Shown piece after piece: positions 34,676-49,200 of a stretch of DNA of 64,000 nt (positions are counted from its first letter, which is position 1; every line of letters starts with the position of its first letter). The notes beneath the pieces were generated by a model. It saw nothing but the letters and a program-made list of their open reading frames with translations. It made no database searches and was not told the DNA's origin. The stretch comes from Heptranchias perlo (Eukaryota). The DNA lies in contig NC_090340.1 of NCBI RefSeq assembly GCF_035084215.1, forward strand, positions 5,890,001 through 5,954,000, given 5' to 3'. A program made the position numbers and the translations under genes.

Positions 34676-37600
34676 TTCTGATAATCTATTGGCAAACAAG
34701 TTTTGTTTCTTGTTGCAAATTCATACTTATTACTCCCAGTAAACAATTTTAAGCTTGAAAATTAATATTGGTGATCTTAGTCGCCAGATGATCCACATTT
34801 CGTAGTTTTCCTCTGTCCACTGCTTTATCGCAGGTGCTGCCTCATTTAGCTTAAAATGAATTTGCAGAAAATCAGGGCGGCACACCCGGTATTTCCGAAA
34901 TGCACTCCCGATGGGCAAAACTCCCTCTTGGGAGCATGTAATCAAAAAATTACCTTGTTGCCGCAAGCAACAAATTGATTGGCCCGACTTGTCTTTTCCT
35001 GACTGGTCCAATGAAGAGCGCAAATAATTCCGTGGAGGTCTTTCTGCTTTATCTTTTACTTAGTCCTTGAAATTCATCTTGCAGGATCACCGCTCCATTC
35101 CTTCCTATAAGGTCGGTTACCGCTCGCAATGCAACCTCCCTTTACACGTGTTTTTCCAGGTGCTGGCCAAGAGGATATCCTGGCACCTAAAAAGCAAGCA
35201 ACCATTGAGAGCTCCCAGTTGCTCTTGTACACCCCATTGTTTGCCCAGTGTGGAATCGATTATTAGAGAATGGCGCATAATAACAGAACGGAAATTTAAA
35301 GCAATTTCGTACGAATCTCCTCACTTGCTCGCAAGCTCTGAATTCTTGCAGTCGGCACTGTAGTTACAATCTTAACACTGATTGGACTGTACCCCGTGCA
35401 GGCTATTTATTTTCTGAGGTAAACGTTTGGCTGGCCCTTTGTCCGTCGGAAAATGTGATTTGTAGCTTTTTTTGGTGCATTTTTGAGTAGATTGCCTTCC
35501 TATCTCTAAGTATTTTTGCATTCTTCATTACTTCTCAAGACAGATTGTGCCAAATAAGCTGGACACTAAACCAGTCGGATGCAAATCATGTCCCTTCTGA
35601 CAATCTATTAGACAAATTATATTCTAGTTTCTTGAAAGTCATTTCATATTCTCTCTTATTCTATCACAAAACGTTTCCGCGTCTCCATGTTACTATTGTA
35701 GCGACGCCCACTGTAGCCGTCCCGTATCCCGCTGTCCACAACTCTAAAGGAGCTGTTGACCAGTTTATTTAAATGGGTTGATACTTCAACTAAATAGCGG
35801 ACAAAACAACGTGATAAGAAGGTATTAAGCCTTTGTTTGATCAGGTCGCCAACAGTAATGTCTGCGCTTTGCCCGTAAAACGAATCATTGTTAATATAAT
35901 AACACCAGTTGAGCTCCCGTGTCGTTACACCCAAGGGGTAGTTTTGATTTTGGGTGATAATGTAAAACGAACGATATCGATTCAGCCGCCGGCGATACAT
36001 CTCTCCTGATTTTCGTTTCCAATGGAAAGGTGTAGAACGGCGGGCTGAATTGATACCGTCAGTTTTATACCATTGTTCAAAGTCAAAATTACACCCAAGG
36101 AGCGAAGATCAAGTTTGGCTTCAAGTGAAGCAGGGTTTTGTGCAGGGGATAATTCAATAAGGGCCCATAGATATAATTCTGCCCCCATTTAAAGGTCATA
36201 GAGGCAATTTTGATATTGTGTGTTAGTGTAAAATGGTTGATAGCGAATTGGCCGCCCGTTTTACATTGACTCCAATGGAAATAAAAATGGGGAGAGATGT
36301 AAAACGTGCTGCCGATTCGTTATCAGCAGTTTTAGACTATCGCACAAATTTAAAATTACTCCATACATTCTGTCCTTTTAAAAATAATTTTGTACATTAT
36401 TACGAATCCATTTTGAACGGTGTTACACAATTGACATTAAAATCGAGTAGGTTCCATACGGGTTGGGCGGCCACACCGCCACTTTACCGTCCAAGGGAGG
36501 AAGTTGAAAATCTACCACTGACAGTGTAAACCAAATGGAGTGTTCAGGTGGTGAACTAATAGGGCGAGCCGATGGAGGACGGTGATGGTGGCAGTAAAAG
36601 AGCCAGAGGGAGAAGGCAGAACAAGGACTACAGTAGGATTAAAGATCCGTGGGAACGTAAATGAAGCTTTAGATGCGAGACGGGGAGGGAAGGTAGGGAC
36701 AGGTTTGATGCTGTGGGAGAAGCAGGAAGAGGAAGAGGGGAGATGAGGAAGGGTGGAAAGACCTGAGGGGGAAGAGCAAGTGGGAAGAAGAGGAAGGGAG
36801 GATGATAAGTAAAGCGAGAGGGAAGGAGTGGAGGATGACAAGAGCGGGAAGGAACGTGGGAGGAGGGAGAGGCGAAAGATGAGGCAGGAGGGGAAAGGGG
36901 AGCAGATTGATGAGGAGAGGTTGAAAGAGGGGTGGACTAGAGGAGGAAAGGAAGGCGGAGTGGACATAGAGGGAGACGAGGGCAACGAGTAGTCCAAACA
37001 GCAGAGAGCCACTTTGGCGCCACGAGTGCCATGGGGCACGGAACAAGACAGAAATGGAACGGCGGGACAGCGAAATAACTGTAGGGAATTAGCAGTGGCG
37101 ACGTGACAGAGAGACATGCTTGGACACCGAGCGGAATGGATCTTGGAGAGACAGACAATGATTGTGAGTGGGGAGGGGTAGGGAGAGTAGAGGGAGAAGA
37201 AAAGATAATATCTGTTGTCACAGCAGTTCTTCTGTGCTCTTTGTTTTTATGTAAGTTCTTGCAGTTTAAGGGTAAAATACTGCATCTGGGATTGGGGCTG
37301 CTTAATTCCAGCGGGAAGCAGAGGGTCTTGATCTCAGAGGCTGATGGACCCGCGAATCATTATCAGTCAAGACAAACACTTAAGGGAAGTGGAGAAAGGG
37401 GAGTGGATTGAGACATCAGCCGCGTCCGGCGATGGCACTGCCGACTGGAGCTGCAAGCGGACAGGTCGACCAGTGGGAATGGGCTACGGGCTACAGGCCC
37501 ATGGCAGCGGGGAGCTGAGCTTGCCCAGCATTGTGAGTTGTCAGAGATATGGTCAGGTGTTTCTATGAGGAGTGAGCTTAAATGAACATTTTTTATGGAC

Positions 37601-37739
37601 TCTGTGCCCTGGATCAAGATATGGAAAAGAGAAGCAGCAAGGGAGCGGCTGGAAGTGGGGCCCACCAAGAAAGACTGCAAATAAGCTTCGAGTAAAAATA
37701 TTAAGGTGATGATTATGAGTTGGTAACGTATATTCAGTT

Positions 37740-39240
37740 ACTCACACATACATAATACATATATGCACAAGTATACATACAGAACTGAAGACGTCACCTT
37801 GCAATTCAACCAAACAGAGCAGGGGAAAATAGACACATAAGTACACGCAACATATATATGCATACATGTAATACAAACACAGGTATATACATAACACAAA
37901 CAAACATAACACGCACAAAACGCACGCAGACACACATATCAAAGGCAAACATTTATACAGACATAACAGACACACACACAAATGATACATAAACACACGC
38001 ACACGTACACACATAACACACACACACACTCACATAACATTAACACATACATATACATATACATACTTATAAAACTGAAGAATTCACGTGGAAAATCAAC
38101 CTAACATTAGCTCCTGTAGCAGAACAAGGAAAGTAAACATACACTCACACAGCCACACACATACACACATAAGCACATATAACACCCATAGTACATAAGT
38201 ATATACACACGCACACAAATAAAACATATACACACAAAACATGCACACACAAACACACATAACACGCACACGTGTCCACATAATATGCACACATACGCAT
38301 ACACACAGACATATAACACACAGACACTGCATATAAACACATAACACGCACACAAAGATCTATTGTACACACAATAACATAACTCACATATACATGCGCA
38401 ACACACACATGTACACATGTACACGTACACACATTCACACATAACACACACGGATACACATGTATACATATAAAACTGAATAATGCGTGTGAAAAATCAA
38501 CCCAACAGTAGATCTTGCAGCAGACGCACAAACTTTCACACACACAGAAATCACACACATCTAAATACGGAGCCACACGGACACACACAAAAGGACACAC
38601 CTAACACAAACACATATACGGCACACATAATAAGCACATATATAAACACACACATATATAAGATTAAAAACAACAAGCAAATACACATATAACACATATA
38701 TGTACAGACAGGATATAAACACATGTTCATACACATATACATAAATGCACATAGAACACACACACAGACAACACATATATGCACATGATGCGCACGCACA
38801 CATGCATTTTACTTAAACACATAATTCATATTTACATTCATATACACATACACAAGCATACAAACACATATACTCATGTAGATATACACACATGCACACA
38901 TAACACACACAGATACGCAAAAATACATTAAAAAACTATATACCCGCACAGTATTTCCTATACGAGAGCAGGGGAAACACACACATATAACAGACGCATA
39001 ATACACACAAATACATTTATGCACACAGAACACATGGCCATGCTCACACAGATAAACAAACACATACACACAGAAACACACTCATAACAATCGCACATAC
39101 AGACAGAAACAGACACATACACACATATACACACATATATACACATACAGATATAATACACAAACATATGCACACAAATCACACAATCACCAGCAGCATC
39201 ACCCAGACACCAGCAGCATCACCCAGTCACCAGCAGTGAC
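37740..39240. repeat. Long degenerate (CA/TA)n array followed by a 20-bp tandem (caccagcagcatcacccag)x~2.5
   Basis: Seen directly in the sequence. Confidence 0.88.
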
Positions 39241-39559
39241 CAATGGCCATAAACTGGAACAGCTTACGCCAAGCTGTTAACAAATGCTGACCAAGCTTTG
39301 AGAACCGTATCATATAATTTGGGCTGAGCCTCCATTCAATCATTCCTATTAATCTCGTTGGTATCCGGAGCGGCCATCAATTTCAAAACTCCATGTTTGG
39401 TGAATGTCTGAGGGATTATCTTCAGATGGTATGAAGCAGCCTTGATACAAAGGGTCTCGTGTATTAACAATACAATGTTGTTCCGTCTTCTGGCTGAAAT
39501 TCCCGACATAGCCCCGGGAGTCTGAGGCTGAACCATGCATTGGAAAGGGGTCAAAGAAT

Positions 39560-42500
39560 CATAGACTCATAAAAAGGTTGCAGCTCGGAAGGAGGCCCAT
39601 CGAGTCCGCGCCGGGTCGATGCAAGAGCAATCCAGCTCGTCCCACTCCCCCGCCCTTTTCCCAAGTACTTGCTTTCAAGTACTTATCCAGTTCCCTTTCG
39701 AAGGCCATGATTGAATCTGCCTCCACCACCTCCTCGGGCAGTGCATCAGGTCAAACATGGGCAAGGAAACCTCCTGCTGATTACCACCTACCGCCCTCCC
39801 TCAGCTGATGAATCAGTCCACCTCCATGTTGAACAGCACTTTGAGGAAGCACTGAGTGTAGCAAGAGCACAGAATGTACTCAAGGTGCGGGATTTCAATG
39901 TCCATCTCCAAGAGTGGTTCGATAGCACCACTACTGAACGAGCAGGTCGAGTCCTGAAGGATATAGCTGCCAGACTGGGCCTGTGGCAGGTGGTGAGTGA
40001 ACCAACACGAGGGAAAAACTTGCTTGACCTCGTCCTCACCAAACTATCTGTCGCAAATGCATCTGTCCATGACAGTATTGGTAGGAGTGACGACTGCACA
40101 ATCCTCGTGGAGACGAAGTCCCATCTTCGCACTGAGGAAATCTATCCAAAGTGTTGTGTGGGATCACCACCATGCTAAATGGGATAGATTCAGAACAGAT
40201 CTAGCAGCTCAAAACTTGGCGTGCTGTGGGCCATCAGCAGCAGCAGAATTGCATTCCAGCACAATCTGTGACCTCATGGCCCGGCATATTCCTCACTCTA
40301 CCATTACCAACAAGCCAGGGGATCAACCCTGGTTCAATGAGGAGCGTAGAAGAGCATGCCAAGAGCAGCACCAGGCGTACCTAAAAATGAGGTGCCAACC
40401 TGGTGAAGCTACAACTCAGGACTACATGCATGCTAAACAGCGGAAGCAACATGCTTTAGACAAAGCTAAGCGATTCCACAACCAACGGATCAGATCAAAG
40501 CTCTGCAGTCCTGCCACATCCAGTCGTGAATGGTGGTGGACAATTAAACAACTAACGGGAGGAGGAGGCTCTGTAAACATTCCCATTCTCAATGATGGCG
40601 GAGTCCAGCACGTGAGTGCAAAAGACAAGGCTGAAGCGTTTGCAACCTTCTTCAGCCAGAAGTGCCGTTTGGACGATCCATCTCGGCCTCCTCACGATAT
40701 CCCCACCATCACGGAAGCCAGTCTTCAGCCAATTCGATTCACTCCACGTGATATCAAGAAACGACTGAGTGCACTGGATACAGCAAAGGCTATGGGCTCC
40801 GACAACATCCCGGCTCTAGTGCTGAAGACTTGTGCTCCAGAAGCAGCTGCGCCTCTAGCCAAGTTGTTCCAGTACAGCTACAAAACTGGCATCCACCCGA
40901 CAATGTGGAAAATTGACCAGGTATGTCCTGTCCACAAAAAGCAGGACAAATCCAATCCGGCCAATTGCTGCTCCATCCGTCTACTCTCAATCATCAGCAA
41001 AGTGATGGAAGGTGTCGTTGACAGTGCTATCAAACTGCACTTACTCACCAATAACCTGCTCACTGATGCTCAGTTTGGGTTCCGCCAGGACCACTCGGCT
41101 CCAGACCTCATTACAGCCTTTGACAAATGTGCTGAATTCCCGAAGTGAGGTGAGAGTGACTGCTCTTGACATCAAGGCAGCATTTGATCGAGCGTAGCAC
41201 GAAGGAGCCCGAGTAAATTTGAAGTCAATGGGAATTAGGGGGAAAACTCTGCAGTGCCTGGAATCATACCTAGCACAAAGGAAGATGGTAGTGGTTGTTG
41301 GAGGCCAATCATTTCAGCCCCAGGACATTGCTGCAGGAGTACCTCAGGGCAGTGTCCGAGGCCCAATGATCTTCAGCTGCTTCATCAATGACCTTACCCC
41401 CATCATAAGTTCAGAAATTGGGATGTTCGCTGATGATTGCACAGTGTTCAGTTCCATTCGCAACCCCTCAAATAATGAAGCAGTCCAAGCCCGCATGTAG
41501 CAAGACCTGGACAACATCCAGGCTCGGGCTCATAAGTGGCAAGTAACATTCGCGCCAGACAAGTGCCAGGCAATGACCATCTCCAACAATGGAGAGTCTA
41601 ACCATCTCCCCTTGACATTCAAACGGCTTTACCATCGTCGAATCCCCCACCATCAACATCTTGGGGATCATCATTGACCAGAAACTTAACTGGACCAGCC
41701 ATATAAATACTGTGGCTACAAGAGCAGGTCAGAGGCTGGGTATTCTGCGGCAAGCGACTCATCTCTTAACTCCCCAAAGCCTTTCCATCATCTACAAGGC
41801 ACAAGTCAGGAGTGTGATGAAATACTCTACACTTGCCTGGATGAGTGCAGCTCCAACAACACTCAAGAAGCTCGACAAAATTCAGGACAAAGCAGCCCGC
41901 TTGATTGGCACCCCATCCACCACCCTAAACATTCACTCCCTTCACCACCAGCACAATGTGGCTGCAGTGTGTACCATCCACAGGATGCACTGCAGAAACT
42001 CGCCAAGGCTTCTTCAACAGCACCTCCCAAACCCGCGAACTCTACCAACTAGAAGGACAAGAGCAGCAGGCAGATTGGAATAACACCAACTACACTGTCC
42101 CCTCCAAGTCACACACCATCCCGACTTGGAAATATATCACCGTTCCTTCATCGTCACTGGGTCAAAATCCCGAAACTCCATTCCTAACAGCAGTGTGGGA
42201 GAACCTTCACCATACGGACTACAGCGGTTCAAGAAGGCAGCTCACCACGACCTGCTCAAGGGCAATTAGGGATGGGCAGTAAATGCTGGCTTCACCAGCG
42301 AAGCCCACATCCCATGAACGAATAAAAAATTTCCATATCCTAACCACTCGCTGTGTAAAATGTATTTCCTCATGTCACCTTTAGTTCTTTTGCCAATCAC
42401 ATTAAATCTATGTCCTCGAGTTCTTGACCCTTACGCTGATGGGAACCGTATCTCTCTATCGATTCTGTCTAGACCCTTCATGATTTTGAATACCTCTATC

Positions 42501-44950
42501 AAATTTCCTCGCAACCGTCTCTGTTCCAAGGAGAACAACACCAGCTTCTCCAGTCTATCCACGTAGCTAAAGTCCCTCATCTCTTGTTTCATTCCAGTAA
42601 ATCTCTTCTGCACTCTCTCATGTCTTTACATCTCTCCTGAAGTTCGGTGCCAGAATTGGACACAATACTCCAGTTGTGGCCGAACCAGTGTTTTATAAAG
42701 TTTCATCATGACTTCCATACTTTTGTACTCTATGCCTTTATTTTTAAAGCCTAGGATCCCGTATGCTTTTATAACCGCTTTCTCAACCTGCCCTGTCAGC
42801 TTCAACGATTTGGGCACATATACCCTCAGATCTCTCTGTTCCTGTATCCCTTTTAGAGTTGTGCTCTCCAGTTTATATTGCCTCTCCCCGTTCTTCCTGC
42901 CAAAATGTATCACTTCGCAGTTTTCTGCATTAAATTTCATCTGCCACGTGTCCGCCCATGCCACCAGCCTATCTATATCCTCTTGAACTCTGCCACTACC
43001 CTCCTCACTGTTTATTAGCCTTCCAAGCTTTGTGTCATCTGCAAATGTTGAAATTGTGCCCTGTACACCCAATTGCAAGTCATTAATATATATCAAGAAG
43101 AGCAGTGGTCCCAGCACTGACCCGTGGGGAACAGCACGTCCCTCCAGTCCGAAAAACAACAGTTCACCACTACTCTCTGTTTCCTGTCACTCAGCCAATT
43201 CTGTATCCATGTTGCTACTGCCCCCTTTATTCCACGGGCCGCAATCTTGATGATAAGCTTACCATGAGGCACTTTGTCAAATGCCTTTTGAAAGTCCATG
43301 TACACCACATCAACTGCATTGCCCTCACCTACCCTCTCTGCTACCTCATGAAGAAGCTCTATCAGGTTAGTTAAACACGACTTGACTTTAATAATTCCAT
43401 GCTGGCATTCCCTAATCAATCCACACTCGTCCAAGTGACTGTTAATTCTGTGCCGGATTATTACTTCTAAAAGTTTCCCCACCACTGAGATTAAACTGAC
43501 TGGCCTATAGTTGCTGGGTTAATCCTTACAATCTTTTTTTGAAAAATGGTGTAACATTTGCAATTCTCCAGTTCTCTGGCATCACCCACGTATCTATGGA
43601 TGTTTGAAAGATTATGGCCAGTACCTCCGCAATTTCCACCCTTACTTCCCTCAGCAACCTATGATGCATCCCATACGGACCAGGTGACTTTGCTACTTTA
43701 AGTACAGCCAGCCTTTCTAGTACCTCCTCTCTATCAATTTTTATCCAGTCCAGTATCTCAAGTATTTCATCCTTTACTGAGAATCTAGGGCCTTCTTTTT
43801 CCTTGGTAAAGACAGATGCAAATTACTCATTTAGTACTTCGGCCGTGCCCTCTGCCTCCATGAGTAGATCTCCTTTATGGTCCCTAATCATCCCCACCCC
43901 TCCTCTTACTACCCGTGCACTGCTTACATGCCTGCAGAAGACTTTTAGATTCCCTTTTGTGTTGGCAGCCAACCTATTCCCATACTCTCTCCATGCCCCT
44001 CTTATTTCCTTTTTCACTTCCCTCTGAACTTTCTATATTCTGCCTGGTTCTCACTTGCCTTATGAACCTGACATCTGTCACACGCCCCTTTTGTTTTCCA
44101 TTTTATTTTACTCTCTATCTCCTTTGTCATCCAGGGAGATGTGGCTTTAGTTGCCCTACCTTTCTGCCTCGTGGCAATGTGCCTAGTCTGTACCCGAACC
44201 ATTTGATGTTTAAAAGCCGCCCACTCTTCAATTACAGTTTTGCCTGCAGATCTGTGATTCCAATTTACCCGAGCCATATCTGTTCTCATCCCATTTAAAT
44301 TGGCTCTCATCCAATTGAGTATTTTTACTTTAGAGTGGTCTGTGTCCATTTCTATAGCTATTCTAAACGTTCTGATACTATCGCTGCTCTCTAAATGCTC
44401 CTGCACTGATACTTGCTCCACTTGGCCTGCCTCATTCCCAAAAGCCGAGTCCAGCAATACTTCCTTCCTCATTGGGCCGGAAACGTACTGGTCAAGAAAG
44501 TTATCCTGAACACATTTCAAAAATTCTTGCCCCCGGTACTATTATTATTATCCCAGTCTATATTAGGATAGTTCAAGTCCCCAGTTATCACGATAGGTTT
44601 TGCAACTTTGCTGCTCTATATCCTTCCCACTAGTTGGTGGCCTATTGAATACACCCAGTAATGTAATGGCACCTTTTTTATTTCTTAACCCTAATCAAAT
44701 AGATTATGTCCTTGACCCCTCCAGGGCATCCTCTCTCTCCAGTACTGCAATACCCTCCCTCCTTTCTTTCCTTCCCTATCTTTTCTGAACACCATGTATC
44801 CAGGAATATTTAGTACCTAATCCTGCACTTTTTTGAGCCAGTTATCGCCAAGACATCGTATTCCCATGTGGCTATTTGCGTCTGCAGCTAGCAACCTTGT
44901 TTACCATGCTGCGTGTGTTTGCACACATGCACTGAAAACCAGTCCTAGAC
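39560..44950 (-). mobile_element. CR1 LINE with a nested family-B LINE
   Basis: 3' tail at 39560-39745 resumes at 42331; RT and APE motifs follow. Confidence 0.8.
39746..42330 (+). mobile_element. LINE family B, long copy (APE plus RT), degenerate
   Basis: TYRPPS, DFNVH, LDLVLT (APE); 383-aa ORF; FADD; poly-A tail. Confidence 0.9.
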
Positions 44951-45980
44951 TTTAGAAACATAGAAAATAGGAGCAAGAGTAGGACATTCGGCCTTTCGAG
45001 CCTGCTCCACCATTCAATATGATCATGACTGATCCTCTATCGCAATACCATATTCCCGCTCTCTCCCCATACCCCTCGATGCCTTCTGTGTCTCGTAATC
45101 TCCTTCTTAAATATATTAGGTGACGTGGCCTCCACAGCCTTCTGTGGTAGAGAATTCCACAGGTTCAACATCCGATGAGTGAAGAAATTTCTCCTCATCT
45201 CTGTCCTAAATGTCCTTCCCCACATCCTGAGTCTGTAGCCCCTCTTTGTAGATGCTCCAACCAGGGGAAACATCCTCCCTGCATCCAGTCTGTCGAGCCC
45301 TGTCAGAATTTTATACGTTTCAATGAGATCCCCTCTCATTCTTCTAAACTCTAGTAAACACAGTCCGGGTCGACCCAAACTCTCCTCATACAACAGTCCT
45401 GCCATCACAGGATTCCGTCAGGTGAACCTTCGCTGAACTTCCTCCATGGCAAGTATATCCTTTCTTAGGTAAGGAGACCAAAACTGCACACAATATTCCA
45501 GGTATGGTCTCACCAAGGCCCTGCATAACTGCAGTAAGACGTCCTTGCTCCTGTACTAAAATCCGCTTGCAATGAAGGCCAACATACCATTTGCCTTCCA
45601 AACTGCTTGCTGCACCTGCATGTATGCTTTCAGTGACCGGTGTACAAGGACACCCAGGTTCTTTTATATATCAACATTTCTCAATCTATCACCATTTAAA
45701 TAATACTCTGCCTTTCTGTTTTTTTCCTTCCGAAGTGGATAATTTCACATTTACACATGTTATACTCAATCTGCCATGTATTTGGTCACTCACTCAGCTT
45801 GTCTAAATCGCCTTGAAGCCTCTTTGCATCCTCCTCACAACTCACGATCCCACCTTTCCTGTACTCCCTCTTAGTCTGATCTCTTAGTCAGACACAAATC
45901 AATCCCACGGACATAGCTGTAAAAATGTGACCAACTTTGCGATTAGTCAAGAGCTGCATCAATTCGGAATCGTACACATG

Positions 45981-46100
45981 ATGGAAATCTCTTGAACACC
46001 AATGAGATCTGGGTCGTTATAATTGCAGCTCTGACGTAAAAGTGAAACCAGTGTATTGATTGCCCCTTCAGATATCATATAGAGCGTCTCATTGATATAT
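45981..46100 (+). promoter_or_regulatory. Candidate proximal promoter of copy 2
   Basis: TGACGTAA 46032-46039; IRF-E-like AAAAGTGAAACC 46038-46049; the octamer position reads ATGGAAAT. Confidence 0.4.
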
Positions 46101-46214
46101 TATGGAGCATTTTATTGCAACACGCTCACCGCTAGATTATCTTCCGATCTCTCCGTCCCACGCACCTTCAGTGCTACCAGAAACGAGTGATGATGTTCGT
46201 CGCAGTTGCTCAGA

Positions 46215-46269
46215 ATGTCTGCACTTGATGTGCTGCTGTACCTCGCAGTCCTGGCCATTATTTGCACAG
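46215..46269 (+). CDS. Copy 2 exon 1, signal peptide MSALDVLLYLAVLAIICT
   Basis: Paralog of 14443-14497. Confidence 0.8.
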
Positions 46270-49200
46270 GTTTATTTACAACTGCCTTTTAAATCTGGAA
46301 GTGTGAACAAGAAGTCCATTAGCAGTATGGAGGCAGCTTCTGTTCAATGTTTATTGCAGTTTTCTCATTTCTTTTCGTTCTACAACTGCCGCATTATTTC
46401 CTCCCATTTAATTCCCAAGATCAATATCCCTGACTATAACCTGTGTTTGTGTTTATTTCTGACAGTTATTAATGGGACCGCTCTCACAGTGCTTCAGATC
46501 CCCGCCCGCCTGACTCCGGTGAAAGGTGCAAATGTCTCCATTTATTGCTCTTTCCCGCTTTTCGATCGCAACGCATTGGTGGATGTTTACTGGCGGAGAG
46601 CCGGCCAGGACGGGATTTTGGATTCGAGTGCAGACAAAAGGAAAACATTTATACCATTCAAGAAAGGATCTGCCGAGTTTCACCTGCTGAATGTCGGTTT
46701 CCAGGACTCTGGAATCTATTATTGCAGCATGAGAGATTGGAGAGGAAAGATTTCCAACGGGAATGGGACTGAGCTTATTGTGTATGGTGAGTATCGCTTA
46801 GGGGTTAATGGACCTTCGTAAAATTCTATGAGTATCGATTAGAGAATATTTAACAAAGATCAGCAATGATGCGTTTTCTGACAGGACTTTTGATGTTTCT
46901 CTCAGTTCGGTTCGGTGCGGCACCTTTCCCCCTATTTGCAGTGAATCCTGTGAGTTTACACAGAGCAGCACCGATTACCCTGCACGAGGCAGTGGAATTC
47001 AGATGATCTGACTTCAGTCAATCGTTGTTCACTTACCCCGTATCATTTATGTAAACCTGTTTTTTAACTTTTCTCATTAATTCTCGGGATGTGGACATCG
47101 CTGGCACGGTCGGCATTTATTATCCATTCCTAGTTGCCATGGTGGCGGTGGGTCTTCTCCTTGAGCCACTGCAGTCCATGTAGTGAAGGTGCTCCCACAG
47201 TGCTGTTAGGTAGGGAGTTCCAGGATTTTGATTCAGCGATGATAAAGCAAGGGCGATATATGTCAAAGTGAGGATGACGTGTGACTTGGAGTGGGTGAAC
47301 TTGAAGGTGATGTTGTTCCCATGCACCTGCTGCCCTTATCCTTCTCGGTGGTGGAGGCCTCGGGTTTGTGAGGTGCTGTCGAAGAAGCCTTGGCGAGTTT
47401 CTGCAGTGCATCCTGTAGATGGTGCATACTGCAGCCACTGCGCGCCGGTGGTGGACGGAATATAAGCTGGTGGAATAAATGCCGATCAAGCAGACTGTTT
47501 TTGTTCTGGATATTGTCGAGCTTATTGAGTGTTGTTGCAGCTGTACCATCCAGGCAAGTGGAGAATATTCCATCAAACTTCTGACTTGTCGGTGGCGGTG
47601 CCGCTTTGGGAAGTTAGGAGGTGAGTTACTCGCCGAGGAATAACCAGCGTCCGACCTGCTCCAGGAGCGGCAGCATTTATGTGGCCATTTATATCACTTA
47701 TTTACAAATCGAAAGTGTTGAATCAGATTGTTTTTGTTTATTTTTATACCTCTATCCAATAAGAAAAAAGTGTCTTTGACTCTGAATAGAATTCTGCCTG
47801 GAATCACTTCCTTCAATCCTCCAATCACTGAGGGGCCGCTCCCGACCCACCTCTTACCGCACTCCGAAGTCCAACAGTAACTCTCCCCGAGTGTCTGGCA
47901 ATTCAACCGTGGGAGACAAGAGTGAGATTGTCAGTATCTATTAGCAAATAGATACAAGTACTAACACACAGACAGATATAAAGGACAGGGGAGAGGGGGG
48001 TGGGGGTGCGGGCTGTGTGAGGTTGGGGGGTTTGGTGGAGGGGAGCCTGTGAAGTCGAGGATCTGGCAAATAAATAATTAACTGGACAGAGAGGATTGAC
48101 AGGCTAAACACTGAACAACATTTTACTGCATGAAATAACAGATTTTATTAACACTATGGATTCATTTTGGTTCCTAATAGATTTTATTTTCAGAGATGGA
48201 TACATTTGCTCTGATAGATTTGATTTCGATTGATAGATTTGTTTACAAGGGAAATAGATTTTCGATGTTTACAGTTGGGAATGGGTTTTTCAAGCATTAG
48301 ATAAGAACATTTATATGAAACAGAACGAAACTCCGTGCCACGAAGCCTGTGAGTGGATCATCTGCTGTTCAAGCTCAGTCTGTGTCTTCAGTAAGATCTC
48401 GGCGGCGAAGCCAAAGTATCTCCCATGGATCCCAGTGCCAGAGTGGGAATCGTGGTTCAAAAAAAGGATGGAGCATATGTTTGGAAGACACATTAGTGAC
48501 ACAAGATCATCGAAGGAAAAGAAGTTAACTAGGATCTGCAATCATCACCTGCAGGTCACGTGGAGATAACTTTCTCACTGGAGAGTGATGACATTTAGTG
48601 GATCTCCCAATTGTTGAGATGCAGTTTGGGATGCAGACGAAGGTACTTTTATGACCGGAATGGGATCACTGTCATATACCTCGAAAAAAAATGGATTAAT
48701 TACATTTGGAACTCGGGGCTGAAATATTCCTGATCAAGTTAGTGACTGATGAGTTTACAGTTCTCACCGAGCGACAGGTTAGTTGAGGGAGGGGGAGATG
48801 TGGGCATCTGAATGGAGTTGAGCTCCTGAAAATCAAATACCAGGTTGTAAATGGGGATTTTAAGAGATCTAATTGCAATAGTCGAGTGTTGAATAGGATG
48901 GAGATAAAGTTCATACGAACATTGAATAATTAGTCGGGCAATTCTAATATCAAACTGTGACCTCGTCAGTCTGAAGTTCGAACAACCAGCATGAGGTTCA
49001 GGATTATACTCAGATGAGGAATTATTGATAAACCGAACAAGATAAAGTGACATGGAAAGAGAGAAGACAAAGAGCAAGCCTCTCCCTTTTAATTCGTGAT
49101 ATCGGAAACTAACGAAGTCTTGAAATAATTCACGCAGAGCGAGAACCGGGGTCAGGATCGGAACATTATCTGAGAAATGAATCGAGTGAGTGAGCTCTGG

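Noticed and set aside
39188-39240. Short direct repeats as a CRISPR-like array
   Set aside because: A spacerless minisatellite in a eukaryotic genome.
46102-46821. 239-aa ORF as a single-exon protein
   Set aside because: Chance read-through of intron 1. The equivalent frame is closed in copy 1, and the real leader is in another frame.
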